DNA of 64,000 bases from Nitrospiraceae bacterium. Lineage in GTDB: Bacteria > Nitrospirota > Nitrospiria > Nitrospirales > Nitrospiraceae. This document shows positions 1 to 9,389 of this stretch, piece by piece. A program made the position numbers and the translations under genes. The stretch is from NCBI GenBank assembly GCA_037442105.1, contig JBBIQV010000003.1, positions 63,670-127,669 on the forward strand. Direction: 5' to 3'. Each line of letters begins with the position of its first letter. The stretch's first letter is position 1. The notes under the pieces are model-generated. The model was not told the DNA's origin. It ran no database searches and worked only from the letters and a program-made list of their open reading frames with translations.

Positions 1-704
1 TGCGGGTGCAGGACCAGGGCGGGCTGTTTGCCACCCAATCTTTCACCGTGACGGTAGCAGGGGGCACACCGCTCCCGGCCGGGCTGGTGGCGGCCTACGC
101 CTTCAACGAAGGGACCGGCGCCACGGTGGCCGATGCCACGGGCCGGGGCCACACCGGGACTCTCGTCGGAGCCACCTGGACTCCGTCCGGCCGGTATGGG
201 GCGGCCCTGGTCTTCAACGGGACCAATGCGCGAGTGACGGTGCCGGATGCGGCGGATCTGGATCTGACCACCGGCGTGACTCTGGAAGCCTGGGTCTACC
301 CGTCGGCGGCCGGCGGCGGCGCCTGGCGGACCGTGATCACCAAAGATAATGCAGCGAACCTCTCCTATCTCCTCTATGCGAATACGGATACGAATCAGCC
401 GGGGATGTTCGTGGGCAGCACCTTCCAGCAACAAACGACGGGTGGTGCGACGCTCGCGGCCAACACCTGGACGCACCTGACGGGCACCTACGACGGCGCG
501 ACCATACGGTTGTACGTCAACGGGGTGCAGGTGGCCAGTCGGGCACAAACTGCACCGATGGCGACGAACAATGATTTGCTGTCCATCGGCGGCAGCAGCG
601 TGTGGGGTGAATGGTTCGCCGGCCGGCTCGATGAGTTGCGCATCTACAACCGCGCGCTCACGGCTGCAGAGATTCAGGCGGATATGGCGGCGCCGTTGCC
701 GTGA
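1..704 (+). CDS. 3' end of a secreted/surface protein: end of an Ig-like repeat plus a LamG/concanavalin-A-like jellyroll domain (5' part outside window)
   Basis: Open frame from the window edge (RVQDQGGLFATQSFTVTV), then LamG-type motifs (TLEAWVYP, WTHLTGTYDG, LYVNG, FAGRLDELRIYNRALT). Near-identical to the C-terminus of 3395..6502. Confidence 0.85.
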   Translation, partial: RVQDQGGLFATQSFTVTVAGGTPLPAGLVAAYAFNEGTGATVADATGRGHTGTLVGATWTPSGRYGAALVFNGTNARVTVPDAADLDLTTGVTLEAWVYPSAAGGGAWRTVITKDNAANLSYLLYANTDTNQPGMFVGSTFQQQTTGGATLAANTWTHLTGTYDGATIRLYVNGVQVASRAQTAPMATNNDLLSIGGSSVWGEWFAGRLDELRIYNRALTAAEIQADMAAPLP

Positions 705-781
705 GCGGCAACTCGGCGAAGAGGAAATAGGAGAATGAATTGCAAGCATCGCTTGGAGAGTCCCTTAAGGAGGAAACTATC

Positions 782-2002
782 ATGACACATGCTCGAGCAT
801 ATCTTCTCTCACTGCTCGCGCTCATCGGCGTGAGCCTGGTCGGGGTGGATGCCCATGCTGCCGCCAACGTGCAATGTCCCGGCGACACGAACGGCGACGC
901 GATCATAGACGCACCGATTCCGGGGCGGCAGATCGTGTGCAAGCACCTCTCGGCCGGCGATGGATTCATCTCCATGGCTGACGGCAAGACCCTCTACATT
1001 TTCGGGTTCTCGGACCTGACGGGAGTTCCTCTGGCGGAAGCCCTGAGCCGGGGGGTTCTCGCGGCCAATTTCACGGCTCCAACGCTGAGTTTCAAGGAAG
1101 GGGACGAGGTCTACCTCACCCTGACCAATGCCGGCACCTTAACCCGTCCGGACCTCTTCGATCCCCACACGGTCCACTACCATGGATATCCGAACGCCGC
1201 CCCGGTGTTTGACGGGGAGCCGATGGCCTCAATCGCGATCAACCAGCAGTCCAGTCTCACGTACTACTACAACGTCGTCGAACCGGGAACCTTCATGTAT
1301 CACTGCCACGTGGAAGCGACGGAGCACATGCAGATGGGCATGCTCGGCAATCTCTACGTCCATCCCAGACAAGACGGCACGTCCTACACGTTCGGGGGAA
1401 AGACCTTTACGAAGTTCGCCTACAACGACGGCGACGGCTCGACCGGCTACGACGTGGAATATCCCATTCAGATCGGTTCGATGGATCCCGTGTTTCACGA
1501 TCTCCATCTCGGAGTCCAGCCGCTGCCCTTCGCGAATATGAAGGATACGTATGCCGTTCTGAACGGGCGCGGTTATCCCGATACCGTGAATCCCAATCCT
1601 CTGCCCCCTCCGGCGGAGAAAGTCGCGGCGGGTCACGCCTCGGCCAACGACTCCTCCCAGCGGGATTCTTCGCTCATCACCGCGACGGCGGGTCAGAAGA
1701 TTCTCCTCCGGATCAGCAATCTGAACGTCACGAAAGACTACACGCTGGCCACGATGGGATTGAGGATGAAAATCGTCGGCATGGGGTCTCATATCCTGCG
1801 CGGGCCAGGAGGCGCCTCGCTCTATTACGAGACGAATAGCGTGACGGTCGGCAGCGGTGAGGCGATGGAGGCTTTGATCGACACCACCGGCGTCGCTCCG
1901 GGCACCTATTTTCTGTATACGACCAATCTGAATTACCTCAGCAACAACGTGGAAGATTTCGGCGGGATGATGACTGAAATCAGAATCCTGCCGGGTGCCT
2001 GA
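782..2002 (+). CDS. Secreted two-domain multicopper oxidase subunit A (complete type-1 Cu site and half of the trinuclear-site ligands in domain 1)
   Basis: RBS aggagg before ATG 782; Sec signal ending AHA. Motifs HTVHYHG and YHCHVEATEHMQMGM. Domain 2 lacks the His motifs. Confidence 0.85.
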   Translation: MTHARAYLLSLLALIGVSLVGVDAHAAANVQCPGDTNGDAIIDAPIPGRQIVCKHLSAGDGFISMADGKTLYIFGFSDLTGVPLAEALSRGVLAANFTAPTLSFKEGDEVYLTLTNAGTLTRPDLFDPHTVHYHGYPNAAPVFDGEPMASIAINQQSSLTYYYNVVEPGTFMYHCHVEATEHMQMGMLGNLYVHPRQDGTSYTFGGKTFTKFAYNDGDGSTGYDVEYPIQIGSMDPVFHDLHLGVQPLPFANMKDTYAVLNGRGYPDTVNPNPLPPPAEKVAAGHASANDSSQRDSSLITATAGQKILLRISNLNVTKDYTLATMGLRMKIVGMGSHILRGPGGASLYYETNSVTVGSGEAMEALIDTTGVAPGTYFLYTTNLNYLSNNVEDFGGMMTEIRILPGA

Positions 2003-2038
2003 TGCGCCTGTGGAAGGAATTGAAGAAGGAGACCAGCA

Positions 2039-3325
2039 ATGATGCACACAATTAGGAGAATGGCCCGGCTCGGTTCGCTTTTCGTCACGCTGGTCGGTGT
2101 GATGCTGTCGGCCACACCGTCGAATGCCGTAGTCGATGGAGTGCCGGGGCCGACCTTCGCCCTTGTCGCAAAGGCCGGATACATCTCGACAGGCGATGGA
2201 CAGAGCTTACTCGCCTGGGGTTACGCCAACGGTGCTGGCCTGATGCAATATCCCGGTCCCACGCTGATCGTGAACCAAGGGGACACGGTGTCAATCACGC
2301 TCACGAATGAGTTGAGCGTCCCGGTGTCGATCGTGTTTCCTGGACAGCAGAATGTGCAGGCCAGCGGTGGAAACGCCGGCACGCTCACGCGTGAAGCGCC
2401 GGCCGGCGCTCCGGCGACCCCGGGTGGGCCGGTGACCTATACCTTCATCGCCTCGCGCCCCGGCACCTATCTCTATCACAGCGGGACCCAACCGGAGTTG
2501 CAGGTGGAGATGGGGCTTGTCGGCGCGTTGGTCGTGCGGCCGACCGGTGCCGATCCTCTTCACCATGCCTATGACCATCCGAACACAGCGTTCGACCACG
2601 AATATCTTTTTCTTCTGACGGAGATGGACCCGAACATCCATCGGTTGATGGATCTGGGATTGGGGAGTCAGGTCGATTTCACCAAGTACCATCCCACGCT
2701 CTGGTTCATCAACGGGCGAAACGGCCCGGATACCATGGCGGCTGCTGCAGCGCCGTGGTTTCCGCACCAACCCTACAACTGTCTGCCGTTGATGCATCCG
2801 GGCAATAAAGTGCTCTTGCGTCTCATCGGCGCGGGTCGAGACCGGCATCCGTTTCATCACCATGGGAACAATACGTGGGTGATTGCGCGCGATGGACGAA
2901 TGTTGCAAAGCGTGTCAGGAGTCGGTCCCGACCTGGCCGAATCCAACTTCACTATTCTGACTGTGCCTGGGGAGACGGTCGACGCCATTTTCGAATGGAA
3001 CGGCAAAGGGTTGGGTTGGGACATCTACGGCCATACCAGCACGGACCCGCTCGAACCGAATGAGTATGCGCCGGATCATGGCAAGCCCCTCCCGGCGACG
3101 TTGCCCGAGCTTCAGAGTCTCACGTTGGGCGAGGCCTGGAGCGGCAGTCCGTTTCTTGGAAAGGTGGAACCGTTACCGCCCGGCCAAGGGGGGATGAACC
3201 CGTTGGGGGCATTCCCGTTCATGTGGCATTCGCATAACGAAGTGGAACTGGTCAATGACGACATTTTCCCCGGCGGGATGTTGACCATGATGCTGGTGCT
3301 GCCACCGAGTGCACCGATTCCTTGA
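2039..3325 (+). CDS. Secreted two-domain multicopper oxidase subunit B (His motifs in domain 2 only, no T1 Cys)
   Basis: Signal peptide; cupredoxin-type PGPTLIVNQGD; degenerate YLYHSG; HPFHHHG and MWHSHN in domain 2. Confidence 0.85.
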   Translation: MMHTIRRMARLGSLFVTLVGVMLSATPSNAVVDGVPGPTFALVAKAGYISTGDGQSLLAWGYANGAGLMQYPGPTLIVNQGDTVSITLTNELSVPVSIVFPGQQNVQASGGNAGTLTREAPAGAPATPGGPVTYTFIASRPGTYLYHSGTQPELQVEMGLVGALVVRPTGADPLHHAYDHPNTAFDHEYLFLLTEMDPNIHRLMDLGLGSQVDFTKYHPTLWFINGRNGPDTMAAAAAPWFPHQPYNCLPLMHPGNKVLLRLIGAGRDRHPFHHHGNNTWVIARDGRMLQSVSGVGPDLAESNFTILTVPGETVDAIFEWNGKGLGWDIYGHTSTDPLEPNEYAPDHGKPLPATLPELQSLTLGEAWSGSPFLGKVEPLPPGQGGMNPLGAFPFMWHSHNEVELVNDDIFPGGMLTMMLVLPPSAPIP

Positions 3326-3394
3326 GAATAACGGCTGCTAACTGAGAATTTGAACGCGGCGAGTTTTTACAACAATCAAGCGGGAGTGACGGCG

Positions 3395-6300
3395 ATGCGC
3401 ATGCTTAACGGGTTGTTCAGAAGGTTGGGGTTGGCACTGGCCGGGGTCGCGCTCATGTGCGCGCCCGCATGGTCGATCGACTACTACCTCCAGGCTGAGC
3501 GCTTTCTGATGACGATGCCTGATGGGACCAGCGCTCCGATGTGGGGCTATGCGCAATATAGCGATAACACGTTCACAACCCTGGTCAAACCGGCGTCCGT
3601 GCCGGGTCCCCTGCTTGAAGTGCCGGCCGGGGACTTGTCGGGGCTCACGATCCATCTGAAAAACAACCTTCCGACTCTCAACGGTCAGCCGGTCCCGACG
3701 TCGATCGTCATTCCGGCACAGCCTGCCGCCTTAGCGCCGGCGACGTTTACGGATGCGCAGGGTCGCACAAGGGTCCGGTCGTTTACGACGGAAACCGCTC
3801 CGGGGACGGTCGGAATCTATAGTTGGCCGACCCTCAAGCCGGGCACATACCTGTATGAGAGCGGGACCCATCCACAAGTTCAGATCCAGATGGGGCTGTA
3901 TGGCGCAGTAGTACGTGACTCCGCCTCCGCCCCCCTCGAGGCCTATCCGGCGATTCCGTATACCGCACACCACGTATTGCTTTTCAGTGAAGTGGATCCA
4001 ACCCTGCACGCGGCGGTCGATAACAATACCTATGGGACCCCTCCGATTACGAGCACGATCAATTATGTCCCAAAGTATTTCCTCGTCAATGGAGCTGCTT
4101 ATGGTCAGACCACGGCGCAAATCGATGCCGGCCAAACCGGTGACCGAGTGCTGTTGAGACTCCTGAATGCAGGATTAGAGTCCCACGTGCCCACCCTCCT
4201 GGGAGCCTACTTCCAGCTTGTGGCGGAGGATGGGAGCCCTCTGCCGTACCCAAAGGAGCAGTATGCGGCGCACCTGGCAGCGGGAAAAACGCTCGATGCG
4301 ATTTGGACACCCGCGACCGATGGCGTGTACCCGATTTATGACCGGCGCTTGCGGCAAGGAATGCTCGCGCAGCTCGCGGTGGGAACGAACCGTCCGCCTG
4401 TCATTACCTCCGCGCCGGTGACCACGGCGACAGTGGGCATTGCCTATAGCTATCAGGTACTCGCCACAGATCCGAACGCGGGCGATGTGCTGACCTATAG
4501 CCTGACGACGGCACCGACCGGCATGACGATCAGCGTCACCGGCTTGATTGGTTGGACCCCAACGGCGGCGCAAGTTGGGCCCCAGGCGATGACGGTACGG
4601 GTGCAGGACCAGGGTGGGCTGTTCGTAACCCAGTCCTTCACGGTGACGGTAGCGGCGGCCAATATCGCGCCGGCTATCACCTCGACGCCGATCCTCACGG
4701 CGGCAGCAGGCACAGCCTATAGCTACCAGGTGGTGGCGACCGATCCGAACGTGGGTGACGTGCTGACCTATAGCCTGACGACGGCACCCACCGGCATGAC
4801 GATCAGCGCCACCGGCTTGATTGGTTGGACGCCGACGGCGGCGCAGGCCGGCCCTCAGGCCGTCACGGTACGGGTGCAGGACCAGGGCGGGCTGTTCACT
4901 ACGCAGAGCTTCACCGTAACAGTCGCGGCAGCCGGCCCGGCGGTCGTCAGCATCACGCTGCGTAACGCCACTGCTGCCGGAGATCCGATTATTGTTCAAC
5001 CTCTGGTCAATGGGGCAGACCTCAACCTGAGCGCGCTCTGCGGCGGCTGCCAGGTAAATTTCCAGGCCGTCACCTCGCCGGCAACGATCACGGGCGGGAG
5101 CGTCAGGCTGGTTCTGACCGGCGCGACGGCTCAGGCTCGGAATGACAACACAAACCCCTACACACTGCCGGCCAATCCAGGTGGCAACTATGCGGGGATC
5201 ACATTGAACCCCGGTTCGCACACCCTCACCGCGACACCCTATAGCGGGACCAATGCTACGGGAACCCCGGGCACGCCTTTGACGATCACGTTCACGGTAG
5301 GGGCTGCGAATGTGGCGCCGGCGATTACTTCGACAGCGATCACGACAGCGGTAGCCACCTATCCCTATAGCTATCAGGTCGCTGCGACCGATCCGAACGC
5401 GGGCGACACGCTGACCTATAGTCTGACGGCGGCGCCCGCCGGCATGACGATCAGCGGAACCGGCTTGATCAGTTGGACGCCGACGGCGGCCCAGGTGAGT
5501 CCGCCGCAGCCATTGGTCACGGTACGGGTGCAGGATCAGGGAGGCCTGTTCGCCACCCAATCCTTCAACATCGCAGTGGCAGCCAACCAGGCACCGGCGA
5601 TCACCTCGACGATACCGCCCACGACAGCCACAGTGGGTGTGGCCTACAGCTATCAAGTGGTGGCGACGGACCCGAATGCGGGAACGACGTTGACCTACAG
5701 TCTCACCACTGCGCCGGCGGGCATGACGATCAGTGCCACTGGTTTGATCAGTTGGACGCCGACGGCGGCGCAAGTCGGCCCGCAAGCCGTGACGGTACGG
5801 GTGCAGGATCAGGGCGGGCTGTTTGCCACCCAATCCTTCACCGTGACGGTTGCAGGCACTCCGCCGCCGCTTCCGGCCGGCTTAGTGGCGGCTTATGCCT
5901 TCAATGAAGGGACCGGCACGACGGTGGCCGATGCCACGGGCCGTGGTCACACCGGGACTTTCGTCGGAGCCACCTGGACTCCGTCCGGCCGGTACGGGGC
6001 GGCTCTGGTGTTCAATGGAACCAATGCGCGGGTGACAGTCCCCGATGCGGCAGATCTGGATCTGACCACCGGCGTGACGCTGGAAGCCTGGGTCTACCCA
6101 ACAGCGGCCGGTGGCGGCGCCTGGCGGACCGTAATCACCAAAGATAATGCGGCAAATATCTCCTACCTCCTCTATGCCAATACGGACACAAACAATCCGG
6201 GGATGTTTGTGGGCGGCACCTGGCAGCAGCAAGTCGTGGGTGGCTCGACACTAGCGGCCAATGTCTGGACGCACCTGGCGGGTACCTACGACGGCGCCAC

Positions 6301-6502
6301 CATCAGGTTGTACGTCAACGGAGTGCAGGTTGCCAGTCGGGCGCAAACCGCGCCGATCGCGACGAACAATGATCTGCTCTCCATCGGCGGCAGCAGCGTG
6401 TGGGGCGAATGGTTCGCCGGCCGGCTCGATGAGCTGCGCATCTACAACCGCGCGCTCACGGCGGCGGAGATTCAGGCAGATAGCGCAGCACCGCTGCCGT
6501 GA
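3395..6502 (+). CDS. Secreted MCO-like protein lacking the canonical Cu-ligand motifs, fused to four Ig-like (putative Ig/cadherin-like) repeats, an inserted beta domain and a C-terminal LamG domain
   Basis: RBS gggag before ATG 3395; signal peptide; PGPLLEV and YLYESGTHPQVQIQMGLYG (degenerate cupredoxin). Four NxxPxITS...YSYQVxATDPN...VRVQDQGG repeats; LamG tail. Confidence 0.85.
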   Translation: MRMLNGLFRRLGLALAGVALMCAPAWSIDYYLQAERFLMTMPDGTSAPMWGYAQYSDNTFTTLVKPASVPGPLLEVPAGDLSGLTIHLKNNLPTLNGQPVPTSIVIPAQPAALAPATFTDAQGRTRVRSFTTETAPGTVGIYSWPTLKPGTYLYESGTHPQVQIQMGLYGAVVRDSASAPLEAYPAIPYTAHHVLLFSEVDPTLHAAVDNNTYGTPPITSTINYVPKYFLVNGAAYGQTTAQIDAGQTGDRVLLRLLNAGLESHVPTLLGAYFQLVAEDGSPLPYPKEQYAAHLAAGKTLDAIWTPATDGVYPIYDRRLRQGMLAQLAVGTNRPPVITSAPVTTATVGIAYSYQVLATDPNAGDVLTYSLTTAPTGMTISVTGLIGWTPTAAQVGPQAMTVRVQDQGGLFVTQSFTVTVAAANIAPAITSTPILTAAAGTAYSYQVVATDPNVGDVLTYSLTTAPTGMTISATGLIGWTPTAAQAGPQAVTVRVQDQGGLFTTQSFTVTVAAAGPAVVSITLRNATAAGDPIIVQPLVNGADLNLSALCGGCQVNFQAVTSPATITGGSVRLVLTGATAQARNDNTNPYTLPANPGGNYAGITLNPGSHTLTATPYSGTNATGTPGTPLTITFTVGAANVAPAITSTAITTAVATYPYSYQVAATDPNAGDTLTYSLTAAPAGMTISGTGLISWTPTAAQVSPPQPLVTVRVQDQGGLFATQSFNIAVAANQAPAITSTIPPTTATVGVAYSYQVVATDPNAGTTLTYSLTTAPAGMTISATGLISWTPTAAQVGPQAVTVRVQDQGGLFATQSFTVTVAGTPPPLPAGLVAAYAFNEGTGTTVADATGRGHTGTFVGATWTPSGRYGAALVFNGTNARVTVPDAADLDLTTGVTLEAWVYPTAAGGGAWRTVITKDNAANISYLLYANTDTNNPGMFVGGTWQQQVVGGSTLAANVWTHLAGTYDGATIRLYVNGVQVASRAQTAPIATNNDLLSIGGSSVWGEWFAGRLDELRIYNRALTAAEIQADSAAPLP
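4388..5855 (+). repeat. Four ~270-bp intragenic Ig-like repeat units (approx. 4388-4660, 4661-4930, 5309-5585, 5585-5855)
   Basis: Recurrent DNA and peptide blocks, e.g. ctgacctatagcctgacgacggcacc and gtacgggtgcaggaccaggg. Confidence 0.85.
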
Positions 6503-6509
6503 GCGGCAT
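5796..6509 (+). repeat. ~700-bp near-identical direct repeat of 1..711 (Ig end + LamG cassette)
   Basis: Colinear match by eye with one 3-nt indel; identity continues past the stop codon (gtgagcggca in both copies). Confidence 0.9.
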
Positions 6510-6545
6510 CACGCTGCGGATGATGCAATTGGCGAGAGAGAGGAG

Positions 6546-7058
6546 ATGGCGATGCAGAAGAGTCAACCAGCGGCTGGGACTGCTCGGTTTGCCAACGGAC
6601 TACTCGGGACGGTGTGGAGGGTGGCGTTCAGTTTGACCCTCGCCACAGCCGGTTCTGCCGGTGCTCATGGGGGGGACCATGGGCCTTTCACCACCCGGTC
6701 CGTGTCGCCGGTGCAGCGACTGGCCATCGAACAGGCCTGGGGCATCAGCGTGGAAGGAATCCGGCTGACGGCCGCCGGCCATATGTTGGATTTTCGTTAC
6801 CGCGTGCTCGATCCGGGGAAGGCCGGGCGACTGATCCATCCGAAGATGGGGCTGCTCGTCATTGAGGAGAAGAGTGGAGCCGAATTGCCCGTTCCGACCA
6901 TGACCAAAGTCGGTGCGCTCAAGCAAACCAGGAGTCATTTACATCCGGAACGGACCTATTCGGTCCTCTTTGCCAATCTGAACGGCAAGGTCAAAGCGGA
7001 TGCCGTCGTGACGGTCATGTTGGGTGACCTGAGGATCGAACACCTGGTGGTTGAATAG
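6546..7058 (+). CDS. Exported hypothetical protein associated with the MCO cluster
   Basis: RBS gaggag near ATG 6546/6552; signal-like segment ending AGA, followed by HGGDH; compact beta-rich domain. Confidence 0.7.
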   Translation: MAMQKSQPAAGTARFANGLLGTVWRVAFSLTLATAGSAGAHGGDHGPFTTRSVSPVQRLAIEQAWGISVEGIRLTAAGHMLDFRYRVLDPGKAGRLIHPKMGLLVIEEKSGAELPVPTMTKVGALKQTRSHLHPERTYSVLFANLNGKVKADAVVTVMLGDLRIEHLVVE

Positions 7059-7069
7059 AGGGTATTGCT

Positions 7070-8875
7070 ATGAAGGCTTGGTGGGTTCGTCTCGCGGCGT
7101 TAGCCTGTGGCTGTTTTCTGGCGTGGGATGGTCACGCCGCGGTGATTGCTCCTGAACTCGACGCGGCGATGCAGTCGCCGGGCGCGGGAGAGGAAATTCC
7201 AATAATTGTGACCTTCCATAAAAAGGTCGACCCCAAGTCCTTCAAAGACGACGATAAACGGGTGCGGCGTTTCAAGCTTCTTCAGGCTCTCAAGCGGGAA
7301 GCGGAGGGGGAACATAAATCGGTTCGGATCTTCGCCGAGGGAAGGGGAGGAAAAAAGATCAAGCATCTATGGGCCGGTCGCGCGCTGGCGTTAACCGCCT
7401 GTCCGGATGTCATTCGGGTGCTTGCCTCGCTGCCGAGTGTGGAGTCCATCAGGTTGGATGCGGTCATCCATGCTCCGACCACGACCTATGTGTCTACTGC
7501 CACGCCTGAATGGAACATCAGCGCTGTCAAGGCGCCTGACCTGTGGAGCCTTGGGTTTAAAGGACAGGGTGTGGTCGTGGCGAATCTGGATACAGGGGTA
7601 GATGCTCAGCATCCCGACCTTTCGACGCAATGGCGTGGCGGGACCAACAGTTGGTACGACCCGAACAGCGAACACCCGACGCCGCACGATGCCGACGGCC
7701 ATGGCACGCAGACGATGAGCTTGCTCGTCGGGCGCGCCGCCGGAGGTACGGCGATCGGGATGGCTCCCGATGCGAAGTGGATTGCCGCAAAAATTTTCAA
7801 TGATGCGGGTTTGTCGCAGGAGAGCGTGATCCACCAGAGCTTGCAGTGGGTGCTCGATCCGGACGGCAATCCGGCGACGGACGATGCGCCGGACGTCGTG
7901 AACCTGTCGTGGGGGCTCTCGGGGGTGAACACCTGCAACGCCGTGTTCCAGGCCGAAATGGAGGCTCTGAAGACGGCCGGGATCTCCGTGGTCTTGTCGG
8001 CCGGCAACTCTGGTCCGAGCGCCTCGACCAGTGTCAGCCCAGCCAATAATCCTGGCCAGATGTCAGCCGGCTCGGTGGACGACCGGCTCAACGTGTCGAC
8101 GTTCAGTAGTCGCGGCCCTTCCGCTTGCGACGGCGGGATTTTCCCGACGGTGGTGGCCCCCGGCGAAAACATCGTGACGGCCGATCTGTCTTTCGGCGGA
8201 CTTGCGGTTTACACGACCGTCGCCGGGACCTCGTTTGCTGCCCCGCACGTCTCCGGGTCGATGGCGCTCCTGTTGAGTGCGGTACCGACCGCCAACGTCG
8301 GCGATCTCGAGTCGGCGGTGACTCGCACGGCTGTCGATCTGGGCACGGCCGGACCCGATCAGGACTCGGGACATGGTCTGATCGATACCCTAGCCGCCTA
8401 TGAAGCACTACGCAACGGCGGGCAGGGGGCCATGGATGCAGACGGTGATGGACATCCCGGTACGGTGGACTGCAACGATCAGAATCCGGCGGTCCATCCC
8501 GGTGAGCGGGAGATCAAGTACGACGGGATTGATCAGGATTGCAACGGCTACGATCTGACCATCACGATCGCGAAGGCGAAGTACAACTCGAAGAAACACC
8601 TGCTGGTCGTTGAGGCCACCAGTGTACTGAGAGCCAATGCCAGGCTGGAACTGGTCGGGTTCGGTCCTATGAGGTGGAACGCCGCGAGAGGACTGTGGGT
8701 GTTCCGGGCGCCGCTGCCGGCAAGTCCTTCTCAGATTACGGTGAAGGGAGTTGAAGGTCAGGAGAGTGCGCTCGTGGCAGCCGGTCAAATCGGGTCGAAG
8801 CCCAAGAACTCGAAGGGCAAGGGCCACCGAGGAGCCGACGCCCATCCGGACGAGGTTGAAGACGACGAGTCCTGA
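7070..8875 (+). CDS. Secreted S8 (subtilisin-like) serine protease with a MopE-like Asp/Cys metal-binding repeat
   Basis: Catalytic triad motifs NLDTG, GHGT and GTSFAAPHV; oxyanion SAGN; DADGDG...DCND...DGIDQDCNG repeat; signal peptide and propeptide. Confidence 0.9.
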   Translation: MKAWWVRLAALACGCFLAWDGHAAVIAPELDAAMQSPGAGEEIPIIVTFHKKVDPKSFKDDDKRVRRFKLLQALKREAEGEHKSVRIFAEGRGGKKIKHLWAGRALALTACPDVIRVLASLPSVESIRLDAVIHAPTTTYVSTATPEWNISAVKAPDLWSLGFKGQGVVVANLDTGVDAQHPDLSTQWRGGTNSWYDPNSEHPTPHDADGHGTQTMSLLVGRAAGGTAIGMAPDAKWIAAKIFNDAGLSQESVIHQSLQWVLDPDGNPATDDAPDVVNLSWGLSGVNTCNAVFQAEMEALKTAGISVVLSAGNSGPSASTSVSPANNPGQMSAGSVDDRLNVSTFSSRGPSACDGGIFPTVVAPGENIVTADLSFGGLAVYTTVAGTSFAAPHVSGSMALLLSAVPTANVGDLESAVTRTAVDLGTAGPDQDSGHGLIDTLAAYEALRNGGQGAMDADGDGHPGTVDCNDQNPAVHPGEREIKYDGIDQDCNGYDLTITIAKAKYNSKKHLLVVEATSVLRANARLELVGFGPMRWNAARGLWVFRAPLPASPSQITVKGVEGQESALVAAGQIGSKPKNSKGKGHRGADAHPDEVEDDES

Positions 8876-8936
8876 GAAAGCGGCAAGTCCGCAAACAATG
8901 CCGAGTTCACTATCGATGTAACAAGAGGAGCAAGAC

Positions 8937-9377
8937 ATGAAAGCGCGACAACCGAATCCTGTGACGCGGCGGAGCAGCCAGACGGGTTTCACGTTGCTTG
9001 AACTGCTGGTCGTCATGGTGATTATCGGACTGCTGGCAGGCTTTGTCGGGCCTCGTTATTTCTCGCAAATCGGCAAGTCCGAAATTAAGGCGGCTCGTGC
9101 TCAGATGGACGCCCTCGAGAAAGCGCTCGATCAATATCGTTTAGATGTCGGGAAGTATCCTTCGACCGAGCAGGGACTTGTGGCACTCAATACGGGGCCT
9201 TCCAACGAGCCGAAATGGGGTGGACCGTACTTGAAAAAGGGCGTCCCCCTCGATCCCTGGGGGAAAGCCTATGTGTACAAATATCCGGGCGACCATAACG
9301 AATACGACCTCTTGTCGTTCGGAAAAGATGGACAGCCCGGCGGGACCGGCGAAGGCGAAGACATCAAGAACTGGTAG
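8937..9377 (+). CDS. gspG: Type II secretion major pseudopilin
   Basis: GFTLLELLVV prepilin motif; YRLDVGKYP, W-GPYL, DPWG and GKDGQPGG motifs. Confidence 0.93.
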   Translation: MKARQPNPVTRRSSQTGFTLLELLVVMVIIGLLAGFVGPRYFSQIGKSEIKAARAQMDALEKALDQYRLDVGKYPSTEQGLVALNTGPSNEPKWGGPYLKKGVPLDPWGKAYVYKYPGDHNEYDLLSFGKDGQPGGTGEGEDIKNW

Positions 9378-9389
9378 CAGAAGAGGGTC

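Noticed and set aside
782..2002. Copper nitrite reductase NirK
   Set aside because: Domain 1 has the MCO-type HxH/HCH pairs and domain 2 lacks the His ligand motif NirK needs; not supportable as nirK.
4388..5855. Repeats as a CRISPR array or DGR template/variable pair
   Set aside because: They are in-frame protein-domain repeats with no spacers, cas genes or reverse transcriptase, and the differences are not adenine-specific.
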